Source of the DNA: Calditrichia bacterium | GTDB lineage: Bacteria; Calditrichota; Calditrichia; JAJRVZ01 | NCBI GenBank assembly: GCA_963777955.1 | Contig: CAVZSQ010000019.1 | Location: 1-64,000 of the forward strand | Reading direction: 5' to 3' | DNA: 64,000 bases | Shown here: positions 40,114 to 51,308 of the stretch, piece by piece | Numbering within the stretch: position 1 is the first letter of the stretch | Layout of the letters: every line of letters begins with the position of its first letter | Made by a program: the position numbers and the translations under genes | Notes under the pieces: generated by a model | Told to the model about the DNA's origin: nothing | The model's database searches: none | What the model saw: only the letters and a program-made list of their open reading frames with translations

Positions 40114-41476
40114 TCACTCCTCTTTTACCAGATTTCCGCTCAATCGCAGTAAACCGATTTCATGCTGTTTAACTTCGTAAGCGGTGGAAATCAGGCGGCT
40201 CTTGGCCGCAATATAATTCTTTTGTACTTCCCTTAGTTGCAGCGGAGTTATGCTGCCCATTCCGTATATTTGCAGAGCGATCTTAACATTCTCCGAAGCC
40301 ACACCCACATTTTCCTGTTCCAGTTGCAGGCGGGTGAGACTGTTGCGGTACTTGAGTACGAGTGCGTTAAAATCACTGCTCAGGTTCAGTCTCAATTCAT
40401 CAAGATAGAATTGTTTGTCGCGGCGGTTAAGGCGGGCGTTTTGTATTTCACGGCGGGTATTAAATCCATTGAACAGGTTTAATGAAAGCTGCGCGCCATA
40501 ATTATACCCATAGGTTTCATTCATCTCGAAAAACCCGGCCTGCGATTCCGAACGGTTGTAATTGTAACTGCCGGTCAAATTTATACTGGGAAAAATTGCC
40601 GATCTGATTTCAGACAACTCAGACCGGGCTACAGCCAGATCCTGCTGCCCAATCAATAGATCACTGTTCCCGGTAAGAAGACTCTGCCGCAGGGTTTCAA
40701 CTTCTAACTGCGGTTCTGTATTGATAGTATCGATGACCGTGAACAACTCCTGTTCCGGTCTGGCTAAAATTATCATTAATTTGCTCTGCGCATCTGCCAC
40801 GGCGATTTCCTGACCCAAAAAAACGGAACGATCGCTATTCAGATCCACCCTGGCCTGCAGCACATCCAGATTCGAAGATACTCCAATATCATACCCCTGT
40901 TGAACAATGCGCAATCTCTGTTCTGAGATTGAAACTGCTTCACGGTCGACTTCCATGATTAATTTCTTCTGCACGACATCATAATAGGTTAAAACCACAT
41001 CGGCCAGGGTCGTCTCCATTTCCCTTCTGAGATTATAGCGCTCCATCTTTTCCAGACTGTTCAGGCGGGCTGCGGAAGCAAACATTTTAAATCCGTCAAA
41101 GACAGTCCAGCTAAGCACGGCAGCAGCATTCTTATTGTCGGATCCGGCATCATTTCGTATCTGGGCAGGACGGGTGGGATCGGCATATTGCTGTTCACTG
41201 TTAACCTTACTATGACTTACCGCTGCCGAGACATCCAGGCTCGGCAAAAAACCGGCATTCCCCGGACTGTAATTATTTGCGGCAATCTGCAGATTATCCC
41301 GGGCGATCAGGATACCATAATTTTTTTGCATGGTTATCCGGATTACATCATCAATGGTCAGCAATTCCTGCGCCTGCGCCAGCACATGCCAGATCGAAAC
41401 TGAGCAGCCAGATAAGCATGGCTGTTACTTTAATTATGAATTTTGCAGAGGTAATACTTACCTTATATCTTTTCAT
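40114..41476 (-). CDS. TolC-family outer membrane efflux protein; frameshift in signal region
   Basis: AGFLPSLD, WTVFDGFKMF, LNLFNGF; ATG at 41476 is out of frame with the body. Confidence 0.9.
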
Positions 41477-41533
41477 AAAAACTTCCCTCGATATTTTGTG
41501 GAGAATGATCCGGGATCGTTGGAATGGTCAGAA

Positions 41534-44500
41534 TTAATTTATATTTTCAACTTTTTCCAATTCCTGGTCATCCATATCGGCCAGGGATATAGTGCTCCCC
41601 GCTCTGGTAATATAAGTATAGATAGCCGGAACGATAAACAAGGAGAGGAATGTGCTGAAGACCAACCCGCCAATGACAGCGATACCCATCGGAACTCTGC
41701 TTTCCGAACCGGCACCCAGTGCCAGAGCAATCGGCAGCGTACCTAAAATGGTCGAGAAACTGGTCATCAGGATCGGCCGCAGGCGGGTTACCGAAGCGTC
41801 AACAATAGCCTCATATGTGGAAAGCCCCCTGGCTTTGCGTTGATTGGCAAACTCAACTATTAAAATTCCGTTTTTCGTTACCAGTCCGATTAACATTATT
41901 AATCCGATCTGGCTGAAAATATTGATGGTCTGATTAAAATACCACAGGGATAATAATGCTCCGGCCAGGGCCAGGGGTACGGTGAACATGATGATGAGCG
42001 GATCGCGGAAACTCTCGAACTGGGCGGCCAGGACCAGGTAGACGATCAGCAAGGCCAGTACAAAAGCAAAGGCCAGGCTGGATGAACTTTCCATAAAATC
42101 CCGCGAAGCACCGGCCAGATCATGATCAAAAGTTTCATCCAGAATCCGTGCAGCGACCCGGTCCATGGCGGCGATGCCATCCCCTATCGTATACCCGGGA
42201 GCCAGTCCGGCCGATACTGTTGCGGATATGAAGCGGTTAAAGCGGTAGCGTTGCGGCGGGCTGCTCTGTTCGGATATGTTAACCAGATTGTCCAGTTGCA
42301 CCAGCTGGCCGTATCGATTGCGGACATTCAACGATTTCAGATCCAGCGGCTCATCACGATCATTACGGGACATCTGTCCCAGCACCTGATATTGTTTACC
42401 ATTCATTATGAAATAATCGAATCGCTGACCGCTTAAGGTCAGTTGCAGGGTCTGCGCGATATCAAGTACTGCCACTCCCAGCGTACGGGCCCGCTGCCGG
42501 TCAATTTCAATCCGTAATTCAGGTTTATTGAACTTTAAATTTTCATCAACATACTGGAAAGCAGGATCTTTACGCGCCTCATCCACAAAGCGGGGTAATA
42601 CCTCCCGCAGTTTTTCAAAAGTGGGCGCCTCCAGCACATACTGCACCGGCAATCCTCCGCCGCGGCTGCCGATGGATTGAGCCTGGATTACAAAAGTACG
42701 GGCGGCGCTAAGCGCGGATACACGTCTCGATAAATCAGCCGCGATCTCCTGTTGGGAACGCTGGCGTTGATCGGCATCCTTTAAGATCAATGTAATGACT
42801 CCCGAATTAGTACTGGCCGAACCCCAACCAGGGGAGGTTATCGATATTATTCCTTCTTTCTCCGGAACGCCTTCGGTCACCAGATTGACCATCTGGTCCA
42901 TAAATTGTTGCATAAAATCAAAAGTCGCTCCTTCCGGTGCGGTCGAATTCAGGCGAATTTGACCGCGATCCTCCAGTGGGGACAATTCACTGGGCAGCAT
43001 GGCACCGAACAGCACGATCATTAACAGCGAGATGCCCATGAACACGATTGACCATTTACGCCGGGCCAGAAAATATTCCAACCAGACCCTGTAAGAATTG
43101 GTCATACCCTGGAAAAAGACTTCGGTTTTCAGGTAAATTTTCCCGTGCTGGATTTTGCCTTTCAGGATCCGGGTGGTCAGCATCGGTGTCAACGTCAGCG
43201 AAACAAAAGCGGAGATGATCACAGCTCCGGCCAGCACAATTCCAAACTCCCGGAATAACCGGCCGGTCAGCCCCTGTAAAAAGATTACCGGTAAAAACAC
43301 GGCCACCAGAGCCAGAGTGGTGGCGATAATTGCCACAAATACTTCTTTTGAACCATGTAATCCCGCCGGTATGGAATGAACACCACGTTCAATTTTTGTA
43401 TAGATATTTTCCAGCATGACGATGGCATCATCGACAACGATACCGATGGCCAGCACCAATCCTAGTAAAGTCAGCACGTTGATTGAAAAACCGGCCAGAT
43501 ACATGATGAAAAAAGCACCGATCAGTGAGATAGGCACGGCCAGCACGGGAATTAAAGTAGTCCGTACGTTACGCAGAAAAGCGAAAATTATCAGAATCAC
43601 CAGAATAAGAGCCAGCAGAACCGTTTGCACAACTTCAGTTATTGAGTCGCGAATATATTTCGAGGAATCGAATCCTACTTCTAAGGAGATATCTTGGGGT
43701 AAATCTTTGGAAATCTGATCAATACGCCGGTAGAATTCATCAACAATAGCGATATAATTAGCGCCCGGCTGAGGTATCAGCACTACTCCCACCATGGGAA
43801 TATTATCCCGTTTCATGATCGTCTTTAAATTTTCCGGACCGAGTTCGGCATAACCGACATCTTTAAAACGGATAATCTGGCCGTTGTTTTCCGCCACTAT
43901 CAGGTTGTTAAAATCGTCAACGGTTTCCAGGCGTCCGACAGTGCGCACAGTCAGTTCTGTGGTCATACCTTCCACAGAGCCGGAAGGCAGTTCCACATTT
44001 TCCCGTCTCAGAGCACTTTGAATATCCAGAGGAGTCAGATTATAGGCCGCCAGCCTGGCCGGGTCTATCCATAACCGCATGGCATATAACCGCGCACCCC
44101 AGATATCTACTGCGCTGACCCCTGGAATAGTTTGCACTTTTTCTTTTATGACATTGGTAGCGATATCGGTGAGTTCCAGCAGATCGCGAACCGGGCTGGT
44201 AACATTCAGATTGAATATCGGTACAGCATCCGCATCGGATTTGGTTACTACCGGATTATCGGCATCTGGAGGAAGGCGGCCCATGGCGCGCGAAACACGA
44301 TCACGGATATCATTGGCCGCATCTTCCAAATCTCGATTCAGGTTGAACTCAACCCTGATATTACTGCGCCCTTCCCGGCTCACCGATGAGATAAAGCGGA
44401 TACCTTCGGCCCCGCTGATCGATTCCTCCAATGGTTCGGTTATCTGGGTTTCAATCACATCGGCATTGGCCCCGGTATAGGTTGCCGACACCGAGATAAT

Positions 44501-44629
44501 CGGCGGATCCACATTGGGATATTCACGGACACCCAGGAAGGTATAACCGATAATCCCGAACAGGGTGATAACCAGAGACATTACGATGGCCAGTACCGGC
44601 CGTTTAATACTTACTGCAGATAAACTCAT
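41534..44629 (-). CDS. RND efflux permease (AcrB family)
   Basis: IKRPVLA, AIGIVVDDAIVMLEN, GLVTKNGILIVEFA, RLRPILMT. Confidence 0.97.
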   Translation of the reverse strand: MSLSAVSIKRPVLAIVMSLVITLFGIIGYTFLGVREYPNVDPPIISVSATYTGANADVIETQITEPLEESISGAEGIRFISSVSREGRSNIRVEFNLNRDLEDAANDIRDRVSRAMGRLPPDADNPVVTKSDADAVPIFNLNVTSPVRDLLELTDIATNVIKEKVQTIPGVSAVDIWGARLYAMRLWIDPARLAAYNLTPLDIQSALRRENVELPSGSVEGMTTELTVRTVGRLETVDDFNNLIVAENNGQIIRFKDVGYAELGPENLKTIMKRDNIPMVGVVLIPQPGANYIAIVDEFYRRIDQISKDLPQDISLEVGFDSSKYIRDSITEVVQTVLLALILVILIIFAFLRNVRTTLIPVLAVPISLIGAFFIMYLAGFSINVLTLLGLVLAIGIVVDDAIVMLENIYTKIERGVHSIPAGLHGSKEVFVAIIATTLALVAVFLPVIFLQGLTGRLFREFGIVLAGAVIISAFVSLTLTPMLTTRILKGKIQHGKIYLKTEVFFQGMTNSYRVWLEYFLARRKWSIVFMGISLLMIVLFGAMLPSELSPLEDRGQIRLNSTAPEGATFDFMQQFMDQMVNLVTEGVPEKEGIISITSPGWGSASTNSGVITLILKDADQRQRSQQEIAADLSRRVSALSAARTFVIQAQSIGSRGGGLPVQYVLEAPTFEKLREVLPRFVDEARKDPAFQYVDENLKFNKPELRIEIDRQRARTLGVAVLDIAQTLQLTLSGQRFDYFIMNGKQYQVLGQMSRNDRDEPLDLKSLNVRNRYGQLVQLDNLVNISEQSSPPQRYRFNRFISATVSAGLAPGYTIGDGIAAMDRVAARILDETFDHDLAGASRDFMESSSSLAFAFVLALLIVYLVLAAQFESFRDPLIIMFTVPLALAGALLSLWYFNQTINIFSQIGLIMLIGLVTKNGILIVEFANQRKARGLSTYEAIVDASVTRLRPILMTSFSTILGTLPIALALGAGSESRVPMGIAVIGGLVFSTFLSLFIVPAIYTYITRAGSTISLADMDDQELEKVENIN

Positions 44630-44664
44630 GCTATGATTTTTTCAGCACCAGTTGAATAAAGCAT

Positions 44665-45762
44665 TTATAACTGTATTTCATTTATTTTGGACAGGATGAC
44701 CGGTATGCCGGGCCGTAACTGTAAAATACCGGTAGTGATCACAGTGTCACCCTGTTGCAGGCCGGAAGTAATTTCAATCAGGCGGTTGCTGCGGAATCCG
44801 GTTTCTACCGCTGCTGCCACCGCCTTTCCATTTTTTAACAGGTAGACTTTACTCCCCTGTAACTCGGGGATTAAAGATTCGGTGGGGATCATACAGGTCG
44901 CAGTTTTTTTACCGACTACCAGATCGACATCGGCAAAAGTACCAGGTGTAATATTTTGCTGCTCATTACCGTACAGAGCACGCATATTCAATGTACGTGT
45001 GGCCGGGTCAATTTTAGGTTCAATAGCATAGATCTCCGCTTCATATTTTACGGGACTGTCCTGAAGTCTGAAAAAAACTTTGTTACCCACTTCGACCTGT
45101 CCGGAGTATTTCTCAGGGACGGCAAATTCAATTTTCAGTGGATCTTTATCGATCAGGTTGGCGATTTTAGCATTGGCTAAAATAATTCCACCGGCACTTA
45201 CATAACGCAACCCGATTTCCCCGGTAAAAGGAGCACGGATCTCGGTCTTCTCGATACGCGCATCGGTCAGTGCTTTCTCTGCTTTCAAAGTATTAAGTTT
45301 ATTCAGAGACTGATCGTACATTTCCTGGCTGATGGCCTTAAGTTCAAGTTGTTTACGTTGTCTTAATTCGTTCTGCCGAGCCAGATCTATTTCCAATTGA
45401 GTACGTTGCAACTCCGCCTGTAACTCTAAGTCATTGATTTTTACCAGGAGTTGACCTTTTTTGACGAGTCTACCTTCCTGGAAAAAGATCTGTTCGATTT
45501 TACCGGCTATCTCACTCTGCAGTATCACTTCTTCGTTTGGTTGCAGGGTTCCTGTGGTACGGACCGTCTCTTCAAAGTTTTGTGGATTGACCACAATCAC
45601 ACCAACTGGTAGCGCGGCTTGATCAGCCCCACCGCCGCGAACCGACCGGCCAGTATTGCCGGAAAAGGCAGTCAGTTTGAGTACAACCAGAAGTAGTATC
45701 ACCAGCGCTGAAATAATTATGGTTAACTGCTTTTTATTAAAATTCCTCACCCAATCCAGCAT
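44665..45762 (-). CDS. RND periplasmic adaptor (MFP)
   Basis: GKIEQIFFQEG..VKKGQLL, IRAPFTG, IDPATRT, GLQQGDTVIT. Confidence 0.95.
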   Translation of the reverse strand: MLDWVRNFNKKQLTIIISALVILLLVVLKLTAFSGNTGRSVRGGGADQAALPVGVIVVNPQNFEETVRTTGTLQPNEEVILQSEIAGKIEQIFFQEGRLVKKGQLLVKINDLELQAELQRTQLEIDLARQNELRQRKQLELKAISQEMYDQSLNKLNTLKAEKALTDARIEKTEIRAPFTGEIGLRYVSAGGIILANAKIANLIDKDPLKIEFAVPEKYSGQVEVGNKVFFRLQDSPVKYEAEIYAIEPKIDPATRTLNMRALYGNEQQNITPGTFADVDLVVGKKTATCMIPTESLIPELQGSKVYLLKNGKAVAAAVETGFRSNRLIEITSGLQQGDTVITTGILQLRPGIPVILSKINEIQL

Positions 45763-45812
45763 GTTTATTCCTTTTTACCTGTTTGCCTTTTGACCTTTTA
45801 TCCTTTTTACCA

Positions 45813-47636
45813 TCATCCTGCACCTCCCGCTGCCCCGCCTGCACCTGCCCCTGCACCGGCTGAAGCACCGCCACCCACACCCGCTGCGGAACTGAAAGTA
45901 GTACCGGCCACATTAATAACCGAACTTAAGGTGGCCGCCAGACCGCCGACCGGAGATGCACCACCACCGTGAGTGGAGGGCACAAACCAGGGGAAATAGG
46001 TGCCATACTCCTTTTCCGGGACAGTGGCCAGCATATTACGCAATTCTTTTTCTCCTACCCCCAGAGCCAGCGCATATACCAGGTATTGATTGATGGTACC
46101 CAATTTTTGTCGAAGACTTTCGGTTGGGACCTGATAACTTTTAATATAGCGCCGGAATGCCTTCCATTGTTTCTTCTTTAACTTTATATCCGCTGTATAC
46201 CGGAAAATAGTAAAGGACAGTCCCAGACAAACCACACCCCCTAATATGGCAATAAACGCAGACACATCTAAAAAAATTGCCAGCAGCACACCGCTGATAA
46301 TAATAAATATAGAAAATGATACAGCTATAACAGTCGCTTTACTGCTTTCCCGGTCGAACAGGGGGATCGCTTTATAATGTCCTTTAACTAATTTAGACCA
46401 TTTATCAAACCAGCTCCGCACCTTGCTGGACTTTTTATTTAACAGTGCCGGAGTGATCTCATCCGCTTCCCCGGCCAACCGTTCGAATAAAAATAAAATC
46501 AGGTCCTGCTCGTAATCAAGTAGATCCGCTCGCTCCTTTTCAAACTTGCTGCGGTTAAGTTTAAATATGAATTTTTCTTTTTTAGATTGCCACCATTTTT
46601 TTAATTGCTCCGGTCTCTGTTCCAGGGATATAAAACCTTTTCTGGCCAGATCGAACAGGGTCGAGGATAAGGCGGATGAATAGATCTGTTTATCATAATA
46701 AAGCGCACTGACCACCGCCGGCGGCAGATCCTGCGGATAATTAGGATCGATTTCCTGGGTATAAGGTACGGATAATGATTTTCCGTAGTTCAGAAACAGG
46801 TATACCCAGACCAGTGCCCCGGCAGCGCATAAGAACCAACTCCATTGCCTGGCCGACCCGGCCCGCTGTTCGCGGGTTTCAGCATCATGGCTGGCTTGCT
46901 CCCTGCGGCGATTCGCTTCAATTGCCCAGGCAGTCTCTTCCGCAACAGCCGGCGACAGACGGTCCTCATCGATGCGTTGCAGTTGCGCCTGCCCGCTGAT
47001 CCAGCCGGCGGGAAATAGCACCCGTGCTTCCCAGTATTTATATGCCGGCAGGGGTGCTATATAATAGTGTAAGCGGCTATCTTGAAAAGAAACCAGACCA
47101 TTTAAAGGACCATGAGCCCAGGCTTTGACCTGAGAGGTATCGACCGGTTGCGGAAGATCCAGCCATATTTCTACTTTAGCGATTGATTTGGCATTCTCTT
47201 CTCCGACGAACTTGTAATAGAATTCCGCTGCATCATTATAGACAACCACTGCATTGGCTATTTCGTACTGCAATTTAAAGGTTCGTGTTTCATTGCGGGC
47301 CTGATAATACCAGCGGACATAAAATTCTTCAGCGGTTTGATTTACTGAACAGGTACCCGGCTGCTGGTCCTGACTCTCGGTAAATTGAAATGTCCCTTCA
47401 TACAACCGGAATTTCTGCACCTGACCCAGTTTTTCCAGCGGTAAACGATAATCGGCCCAGCTGAACGATCCGCTGAAAACAAACGTCCTGAATTCTTCGA
47501 TACTTAATGTTCCTTCAGCAGAAATAGCAGCATGGATTTGAATTTCGGCTAGTTCATATTCTTTGGCTGCGACTGCAGAAAATAAAAAAAGCAGCAGGCT
47601 TATAACAATGATATAATTCTTAGCGGCCATATTCAT
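45813..47636 (-). CDS. DUF2207-family membrane protein
   Basis: WAHGPLNG, TLFDLARKG, WKAFRRY, YLVYALALGV, Gly-rich C-terminal tail. Confidence 0.88.
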   Translation of the reverse strand: MNMAAKNYIIVISLLLFLFSAVAAKEYELAEIQIHAAISAEGTLSIEEFRTFVFSGSFSWADYRLPLEKLGQVQKFRLYEGTFQFTESQDQQPGTCSVNQTAEEFYVRWYYQARNETRTFKLQYEIANAVVVYNDAAEFYYKFVGEENAKSIAKVEIWLDLPQPVDTSQVKAWAHGPLNGLVSFQDSRLHYYIAPLPAYKYWEARVLFPAGWISGQAQLQRIDEDRLSPAVAEETAWAIEANRRREQASHDAETREQRAGSARQWSWFLCAAGALVWVYLFLNYGKSLSVPYTQEIDPNYPQDLPPAVVSALYYDKQIYSSALSSTLFDLARKGFISLEQRPEQLKKWWQSKKEKFIFKLNRSKFEKERADLLDYEQDLILFLFERLAGEADEITPALLNKKSSKVRSWFDKWSKLVKGHYKAIPLFDRESSKATVIAVSFSIFIIISGVLLAIFLDVSAFIAILGGVVCLGLSFTIFRYTADIKLKKKQWKAFRRYIKSYQVPTESLRQKLGTINQYLVYALALGVGEKELRNMLATVPEKEYGTYFPWFVPSTHGGGASPVGGLAATLSSVINVAGTTFSSAAGVGGGASAGAGAGAGGAAGGAG

Positions 47637-47671
47637 ATTCCTGATATTTTTAAAATTCAGATGATCCCGCG

Positions 47672-48799
47672 TCAATCGCCCAGACATATTCCCAGGCGCC
47701 GGGCACTTTCTACCCAGGGGTGATCGACAGGCACATATTTAATTTTACCGGCCACCTCTTCCAGATCAACCGGTGCGGTACTATCTCCTTTCGCTGCTAC
47801 CATCACACCATAAGTTTTCTGAACCAGTATATCGGCACAGGCGGTGCCCAGGCGGGTGGACAACAGGCGATCAGCTGCTGAGGGTGCTCCTCCGCGCTGT
47901 AAATGTCCCAGGATGGTAATCCGTGATTCCAGGCCGGTCAGTTTTTCCAGATCCTGCGCCAGACTCATGGTTTTATTCATGGCCATCAATTCATCAGGCA
48001 ACTCTTCCCGTTTTTTATCTTTTTTCTTTTTATCGTCCCCTTTTTTAGCGTCTTTTTTGTCATCTTCATCGGATTTCAGATTCTGATATTCTTCGCCCGA
48101 GATGGCGCCTTCAGCCAGAGCAACAATACTGAATCTTTTGCCGCTCTGGCTACGTTTGAGGATCGCCTCGGCAATTTTGCTGGTATCATAGGGTATTTCA
48201 GGTATCAGAATCACATCCGCGCCTCCGGAGAGTCCGGATCCCAGAGCCAGCCAGCCGACCTGATGCCCCATAATCTCCACCACCACGATACGGTGATGAC
48301 TGTGCGCCGTGCTATGTAAACGATCAATTGCTTCGGTGGCAATGCCCAGGGCAGTATCATAACCGACAGTTATGTCGGTCAGGGCTACATCATTATCAAT
48401 GGTTTTGGGCAGAGTAACGACATTCAGGCCTTTTTGTTTAAGACGCAGGGCATTTTTCTGAGTACCCCCGCCGCCCAGACATACCAGGGCATCCAGGTGA
48501 TGCCGTTGATAGTTTTCCACGATAACATCGGTCATATCCAGTACTTTACCCCCTACCATCATCCGGTGCGGTTTGTCTCGGCTGGTTCCCAGTATGGTAC
48601 CCCCCTGGGTTAATATTCCGGAGAGCAGGGCATTATCAAGTTGGATACTGCGGTTTTCCATCAGGCCGCGGAAACCGTCGCGAAAACCCAACACCTGCAT
48701 ATGATGATATTCGATGGCCGCTTTTCCTATTCCCCGTAAGGCCGAATTGAGTCCGGGTGAATCTCCGCCTGCCGTTAAAACACCGATTAATTTGGGCAT
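47672..48799 (-). CDS. pfkA: 6-phosphofructokinase (group III-like: GGGGT and PKTIDND)
   Basis: [41 protein letters not shown]. Confidence 0.93.
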   Translation of the reverse strand: MPKLIGVLTAGGDSPGLNSALRGIGKAAIEYHHMQVLGFRDGFRGLMENRSIQLDNALLSGILTQGGTILGTSRDKPHRMMVGGKVLDMTDVIVENYQRHHLDALVCLGGGGTQKNALRLKQKGLNVVTLPKTIDNDVALTDITVGYDTALGIATEAIDRLHSTAHSHHRIVVVEIMGHQVGWLALGSGLSGGADVILIPEIPYDTSKIAEAILKRSQSGKRFSIVALAEGAISGEEYQNLKSDEDDKKDAKKGDDKKKKDKKREELPDELMAMNKTMSLAQDLEKLTGLESRITILGHLQRGGAPSAADRLLSTRLGTACADILVQKTYGVMVAAKGDSTAPVDLEEVAGKIKYVPVDHPWVESARRLGICLGD

Positions 48800-48892
48800 G
48801 AAATCAATCTCCTTCAGATCAACAACTTGCTTTCATTAATTGTAATGTATCAGAGGGAATTTATAAAATAATCTTGATGAATACAAAGGGTG

Positions 48893-50287
48893 TCATCCCG
48901 GCCTGGAGTACCTTGTCCACAAATAATAAACCGGAATTCCGCCGGCCACGGTCAGCAGTGCCGCCAGCGATTCCACCGGCCGGTTAATAAAAGCGACAAT
49001 CATCAGCACCAGGCTGCCGAAAAGATATATTAACGGTGTAACCGGGTAGCCCCAGGTCCGGACCATATTAACGGAATTGATCTGCCGCTTGCGGGCGATA
49101 AAAATCCCGAGTACAGCCAACCAGGGAAAAATACTCAAAGCGAAACCAAGATAGACCAATAGTTGTTCAAACGTACCGATCAGCAATAAGACAATGGCCA
49201 TGGCTCCCTGTATCACAATAGATCTGCCGGGGACTTCATAGCGAGGATGAATTTTAGCAGCGAAGGAAAAGAACAACCGGTCGCGCGACATGGCAAAATA
49301 AACCCGCGGTCCCAATATAATGAAAGCGCTTAAAGATGAGAGCAGAGCTATGCCGATCAGTATGCCCAGGATTCTGCCGAGCCCTTCTCCCAGCACTGCC
49401 CGCATGGCCGTTTCAAAGACAGTAATCTGGCCGCTCAATTCGGCATAAGGTACCGCCATAAAAATAAACAGATTGAGAATAAGATAAATCAGTATGACCA
49501 GGATAGTACCCAGTATCAGGGACAGTGGCAGATAACGATGCGGATTTTTGATTTCACCGGCGATATAGGCACTGGCATTCCAGCCGCTGTAAGCAAACAT
49601 CACCAGCATCATGGCCGTGCCGAAGGTGAGACCTTCGCCTCCAAATAGTAATGCGAAGGCCTCACCTTTAAATCCCTGCTGGGAGACAATGAATAAATTG
49701 GACCAGCTTTCACCGGTCAGTAATCCCAATAAAACCAATCCGGCCACGATTATGATTTTAAAACCGGTTAGAATATTCTGTACTACCGAACCGTAGCGGA
49801 CTCCCATATAATGTACTGCAGTAAAAACGACTATTATCAGCGAGGCAGACAGTTTGATATATACTCCGGTATGGGCCGGATTAAAACCGGGAATATTCTG
49901 CTGCAGCCCCTGGAAAATATAATTGACCGCGGCCAGTGCCGATGCAGCAATGGGTGCAGAAAAACCCACGAAGAAACTGGTCCAGCCGGTTAGAAATCCT
50001 AAAAGCGGGTGATATAATGTTTTCAAATATATATATTCACCACCCTCTTCAGGCATGCGCGTAGCCAGTTCAGCATAACATAACGCACCGCACATGGCTA
50101 AAATACCACCCAGCAACCAGCAGACTACTACCCACAGCGGTCCAGGCAGATAGGTGGCCATGATCCCGGAGGTAGTGAAAATTCCTGCTCCGATCATATT
50201 AGCTACCACGATACTGGTAGCGGTGATCAGACCGAATTTACGTTGAATAGGTATCGATTTATCAGACTGCTGCTGATGCTGGTTCAT
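48893..50287 (-). CDS. APC-family amino acid permease
   Basis: VANMIGAGIF, YAELATRMPEEGGEY, FAYSGWN..YIAGE. Confidence 0.93.
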   Translation of the reverse strand: MNQHQQQSDKSIPIQRKFGLITATSIVVANMIGAGIFTTSGIMATYLPGPLWVVVCWLLGGILAMCGALCYAELATRMPEEGGEYIYLKTLYHPLLGFLTGWTSFFVGFSAPIAASALAAVNYIFQGLQQNIPGFNPAHTGVYIKLSASLIIVVFTAVHYMGVRYGSVVQNILTGFKIIIVAGLVLLGLLTGESWSNLFIVSQQGFKGEAFALLFGGEGLTFGTAMMLVMFAYSGWNASAYIAGEIKNPHRYLPLSLILGTILVILIYLILNLFIFMAVPYAELSGQITVFETAMRAVLGEGLGRILGILIGIALLSSLSAFIILGPRVYFAMSRDRLFFSFAAKIHPRYEVPGRSIVIQGAMAIVLLLIGTFEQLLVYLGFALSIFPWLAVLGIFIARKRQINSVNMVRTWGYPVTPLIYLFGSLVLMIVAFINRPVESLAALLTVAGGIPVYYLWTRYSRPG

Positions 50288-50336
50288 TAAATCTGTAACT
50301 CCGCTTCCCGTACAATTGATCCGGATCAGATCCAAT

Positions 50337-50939
50337 TTACTCTTTGATCCGGTAAATATAAATATTATCCTGCGGTAAAAATTCCAGCAACTCAACCAGG
50401 ACAAATTTTGATTCCTGCATGATAGCAAGCACTTTATTTTTAGTATAAAAATGTCTCTGATCTTGCTTTAATTTGTCCGCGTCCGGATCAATGATCACCA
50501 GCAAAGCACCAGGTTTCAAAGCGGGGATAATGTTATTGATGAGCTTTACCGGTTTACTAAGATCATGGAATACCCGCATCATCACTACTAAATCTAATTG
50601 AGCCGGCGGAAACAATGGATCTTCGACTTTCCCCAGAATCGTTGTGATATTATTGATCTTTTTTTCCCGGCACTCCGTATTAATCCGGTCCAGTACCCGT
50701 TGTGCAATATCATTGGCATAGATGTGTCCGGAGGGCCCCACCCGTTGAGCCAGTTTAAAGGTAAAATAACCTTCTCCTGCCCCCACTTCCCCGATCACCA
50801 TACCCTGCCTGACACCCAGTGTATCTATTATTCTATCCGGTTGCTGCCATTTGTCACGGTCTTCTGCAAATCCACAGTTGAACATAAGATTCAGCATCAA
50901 AACTACCAGGAAATTAAATGCAACAATCCGTCTGCTCAT
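50337..50939 (-). CDS. Exported class I SAM-dependent methyltransferase
   Basis: RDKWQQP, EVGAGEGYF, LKPGALLVIID. Confidence 0.88.
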   Translation of the reverse strand: MSRRIVAFNFLVVLMLNLMFNCGFAEDRDKWQQPDRIIDTLGVRQGMVIGEVGAGEGYFTFKLAQRVGPSGHIYANDIAQRVLDRINTECREKKINNITTILGKVEDPLFPPAQLDLVVMMRVFHDLSKPVKLINNIIPALKPGALLVIIDPDADKLKQDQRHFYTKNKVLAIMQESKFVLVELLEFLPQDNIYIYRIKE

Positions 50940-51308
50940 TAAATACTCCTTTTGTTTATAATCTCAGATTGAAGTGACAAAAGAATGTAATTCTCTCTAT
51001 GTTTTTACGTAGCGGATTTAATTTTGTGTCAAAGTTCTTGACCGGAAACCAGGCAAGGGGCTATTCCCGGCAATGCACAAATTATAATCACAAATGAAAG
51101 ACAATATACAGTTTTATTGTGAATGATATAATTTTATTGCATGGCCGCGTTTCATATTTTAAATTGCAGAAGCATATAAAACATCATTGTACTTGATTAT
51201 ATTTGATTGCCACTGGTATCAGTAAAACCAGTTTCAGCAGATAACAAGTTTCCCAGCTGATTTTGATCCGGCAGTGTAGATGTATCACTGCTATTGGAAG
51301 GAAGGATA

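Noticed and set aside
45790..45972. Pro/Ala-rich ORF
   Set aside because: Antisense of the Gly-rich DUF2207 tail.
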